64,000 bases of DNA from Anthoceros angustus (taxonomy: Eukaryota; Plantae; Anthocerotophyta). The DNA lies in NCBI GenBank assembly GCA_010909165.1, contig MU008151.1, forward strand, positions 434,001-498,000, in the 5' to 3' direction. Each line of letters starts with the position of its first letter. Position 1 is the first letter of the stretch. The position numbers and the translations under genes were made by a program. This document shows, piece after piece, positions 62,744 through 64,000 of this stretch. The notes below the pieces were generated by a model. That model was not told the DNA's origin. It saw only the letters and a list, made by a program, of their open reading frames with translations, and searched no databases.

Positions 62744-64000
62744 ATGGAAGTTTCATGTGGCGGTTTGGAGCTGGGTTTAGGGTTCAGGCTTAACTCCATA
62801 GCGCAGGCTTGTGCGAATCTCAGAGTTGGGCACAGAGGGCGACATGGCCTCTTATTGCAACAGCTTTTATGCACCCGTCAGACACAAATTGGTGAGAACA
62901 TATCAGGTCTTTTAGGAAAAGCTATCGGTGGCCTGTCTTCAGGGGCTGAACTCTTAGCAAACAAGGAAGCCTCGAGTGGCAGCAGGCTTCCAACCAATTC
63001 ATCTCGTCCGGGAGAATGTCTGGTTGGGGAAAGGAATGGTGGGCGCCAGGAGCTCTTGTTGCCAGAGTCTTTTCTGGACCACAAACTTTGGTACAAGCCA
63101 CCTTTGGTGGACGCTCAGCTAGCTGCTCTGGATATGCAGGTGGGTCGTCGTGGTCGTGGTCCTGGCCCTACATCTCAATCGGGGCTGCTGGATGAATTTG
63201 ACCTTAGCAGGCCTGCAGGTGCAGTAACTGCTCAGACGGTATGCAGACTATGTGAGCAGGGGCAGCTCACTGAGGCTGTTGAGGCTCTGGGAGTACTGGT
63301 GGAGACAGACTGTCGAATTTTCCAGTCCCTCTTTTATACTGTGCTGAAAAAATGTGCGGGTAAGAAGGATCTGGTTCTGGGTCGCCGTGTCCATGCCCTT
63401 ATCGTAAAAAAGGGGCATGAGTCGGACACTTTCCTGTGCAACCACATCCTGCGGATGTATGCTTCTCATGCCCGGTTGCAAGACGCGATGGATGTGTTCA
63501 CCATGGTGCTCAACCCAGATGCGTTCACGTGGTCTGCCATAATCTCTGCCCATGTTCAGCATGGGCAAGGTAGAAGGGCCATAGAACTGTATTATCAGAT
63601 GGGCAGGTCGAGTGTGAAGCCAGATGGCCATGTGTTCATAGCAGCTCTTCAGGCGTGTGCCAGTGTGGGAGACTTGAAAACGGGGCAACAGGTGCATGCT
63701 GATGTGGTGGCCAGTGACGTTGAGCCTGGTTTGTTCCTTTCTAGTTGCTTGGTGGACATGTATGCAAAGTGCGGCAGCCTCGAGGATGCGCAGGGTGTGT
63801 TTGATGAACTTGGCCAGAAGGATGTGGTGACATGGACCAGTTTGATAACAGGATATTCTCAGCAGGGCATGGGTCAGAAAGCTCTTCATCTTTACAGTTC
63901 AATGCAAGAAGAAGGCGTGGTGGCACCTGATGCTGTTACATTTGTGTCCCTCCTCCAGGCATGTGCAAGTGTGGGTAATTCGGGCTTGGAGATGGGGAAG
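62744..64000 (+). CDS. PLS-class PPR protein (organellar RNA editing-factor type), open through the window end
   Basis: The frame is open from ATG 62744 with no stop before 64000 (hence absent from the ORF track): RLCEQGQLTEAV, GRRVHA, RMYASHARLQDAMDVF, FTWSAIISAHVQHGQG, VKPDGHVFIAALQAC, LVDMYAKCGSLEDAQGVFD, DVVTWTSLITGYSQQG. Confidence 0.92.
   Translation, partial: MEVSCGGLELGLGFRLNSIAQACANLRVGHRGRHGLLLQQLLCTRQTQIGENISGLLGKAIGGLSSGAELLANKEASSGSRLPTNSSRPGECLVGERNGGRQELLLPESFLDHKLWYKPPLVDAQLAALDMQVGRRGRGPGPTSQSGLLDEFDLSRPAGAVTAQTVCRLCEQGQLTEAVEALGVLVETDCRIFQSLFYTVLKKCAGKKDLVLGRRVHALIVKKGHESDTFLCNHILRMYASHARLQDAMDVFTMVLNPDAFTWSAIISAHVQHGQGRRAIELYYQMGRSSVKPDGHVFIAALQACASVGDLKTGQQVHADVVASDVEPGLFLSSCLVDMYAKCGSLEDAQGVFDELGQKDVVTWTSLITGYSQQGMGQKALHLYSSMQEEGVVAPDAVTFVSLLQACASVGNSGLEMGK

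Overview
Gene-dense eukaryotic land-plant nuclear DNA with short, mostly GT-AG introns (about 50-140 nt). The compact gene structure and PLS-type PPR genes with elongated L motifs suggest a compact seed-free plant genome, most likely a hornwort (inference; a lycophyte or fern is not excluded). Recognisable genes are a GlnRS N-terminal-domain-only gene, a MIZ1/DUF617 gene, three WAK/WAKL receptor kinases, GBA2 (GH116), GINS PSF2, mitochondrial Cpn60, starch branching enzyme II, VPS24, FKBP16-4, cyclin A, the complex I 24 kDa subunit, VTE3, one open PLS-PPR gene running off the window and several PPR pseudogene fragments. Between them lie AT-rich islands with about 70-bp tandem repeats, fold-backs, a tRNA-Leu relic and intronless orphan ORFs (coiled-coil, RING-H2, OTU deubiquitinase). 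The top candidate novelty is an intact 8-exon GlnRS N-terminal domain with no catalytic core that can be spliced in frame (GT 1939 to AG 2048) onto the MIZ1/DUF617 ORF, predicting an approximately 485-aa chimeric protein. All gene models were built by hand from the sequence and family assignments are from recalled motifs; no searches were run.
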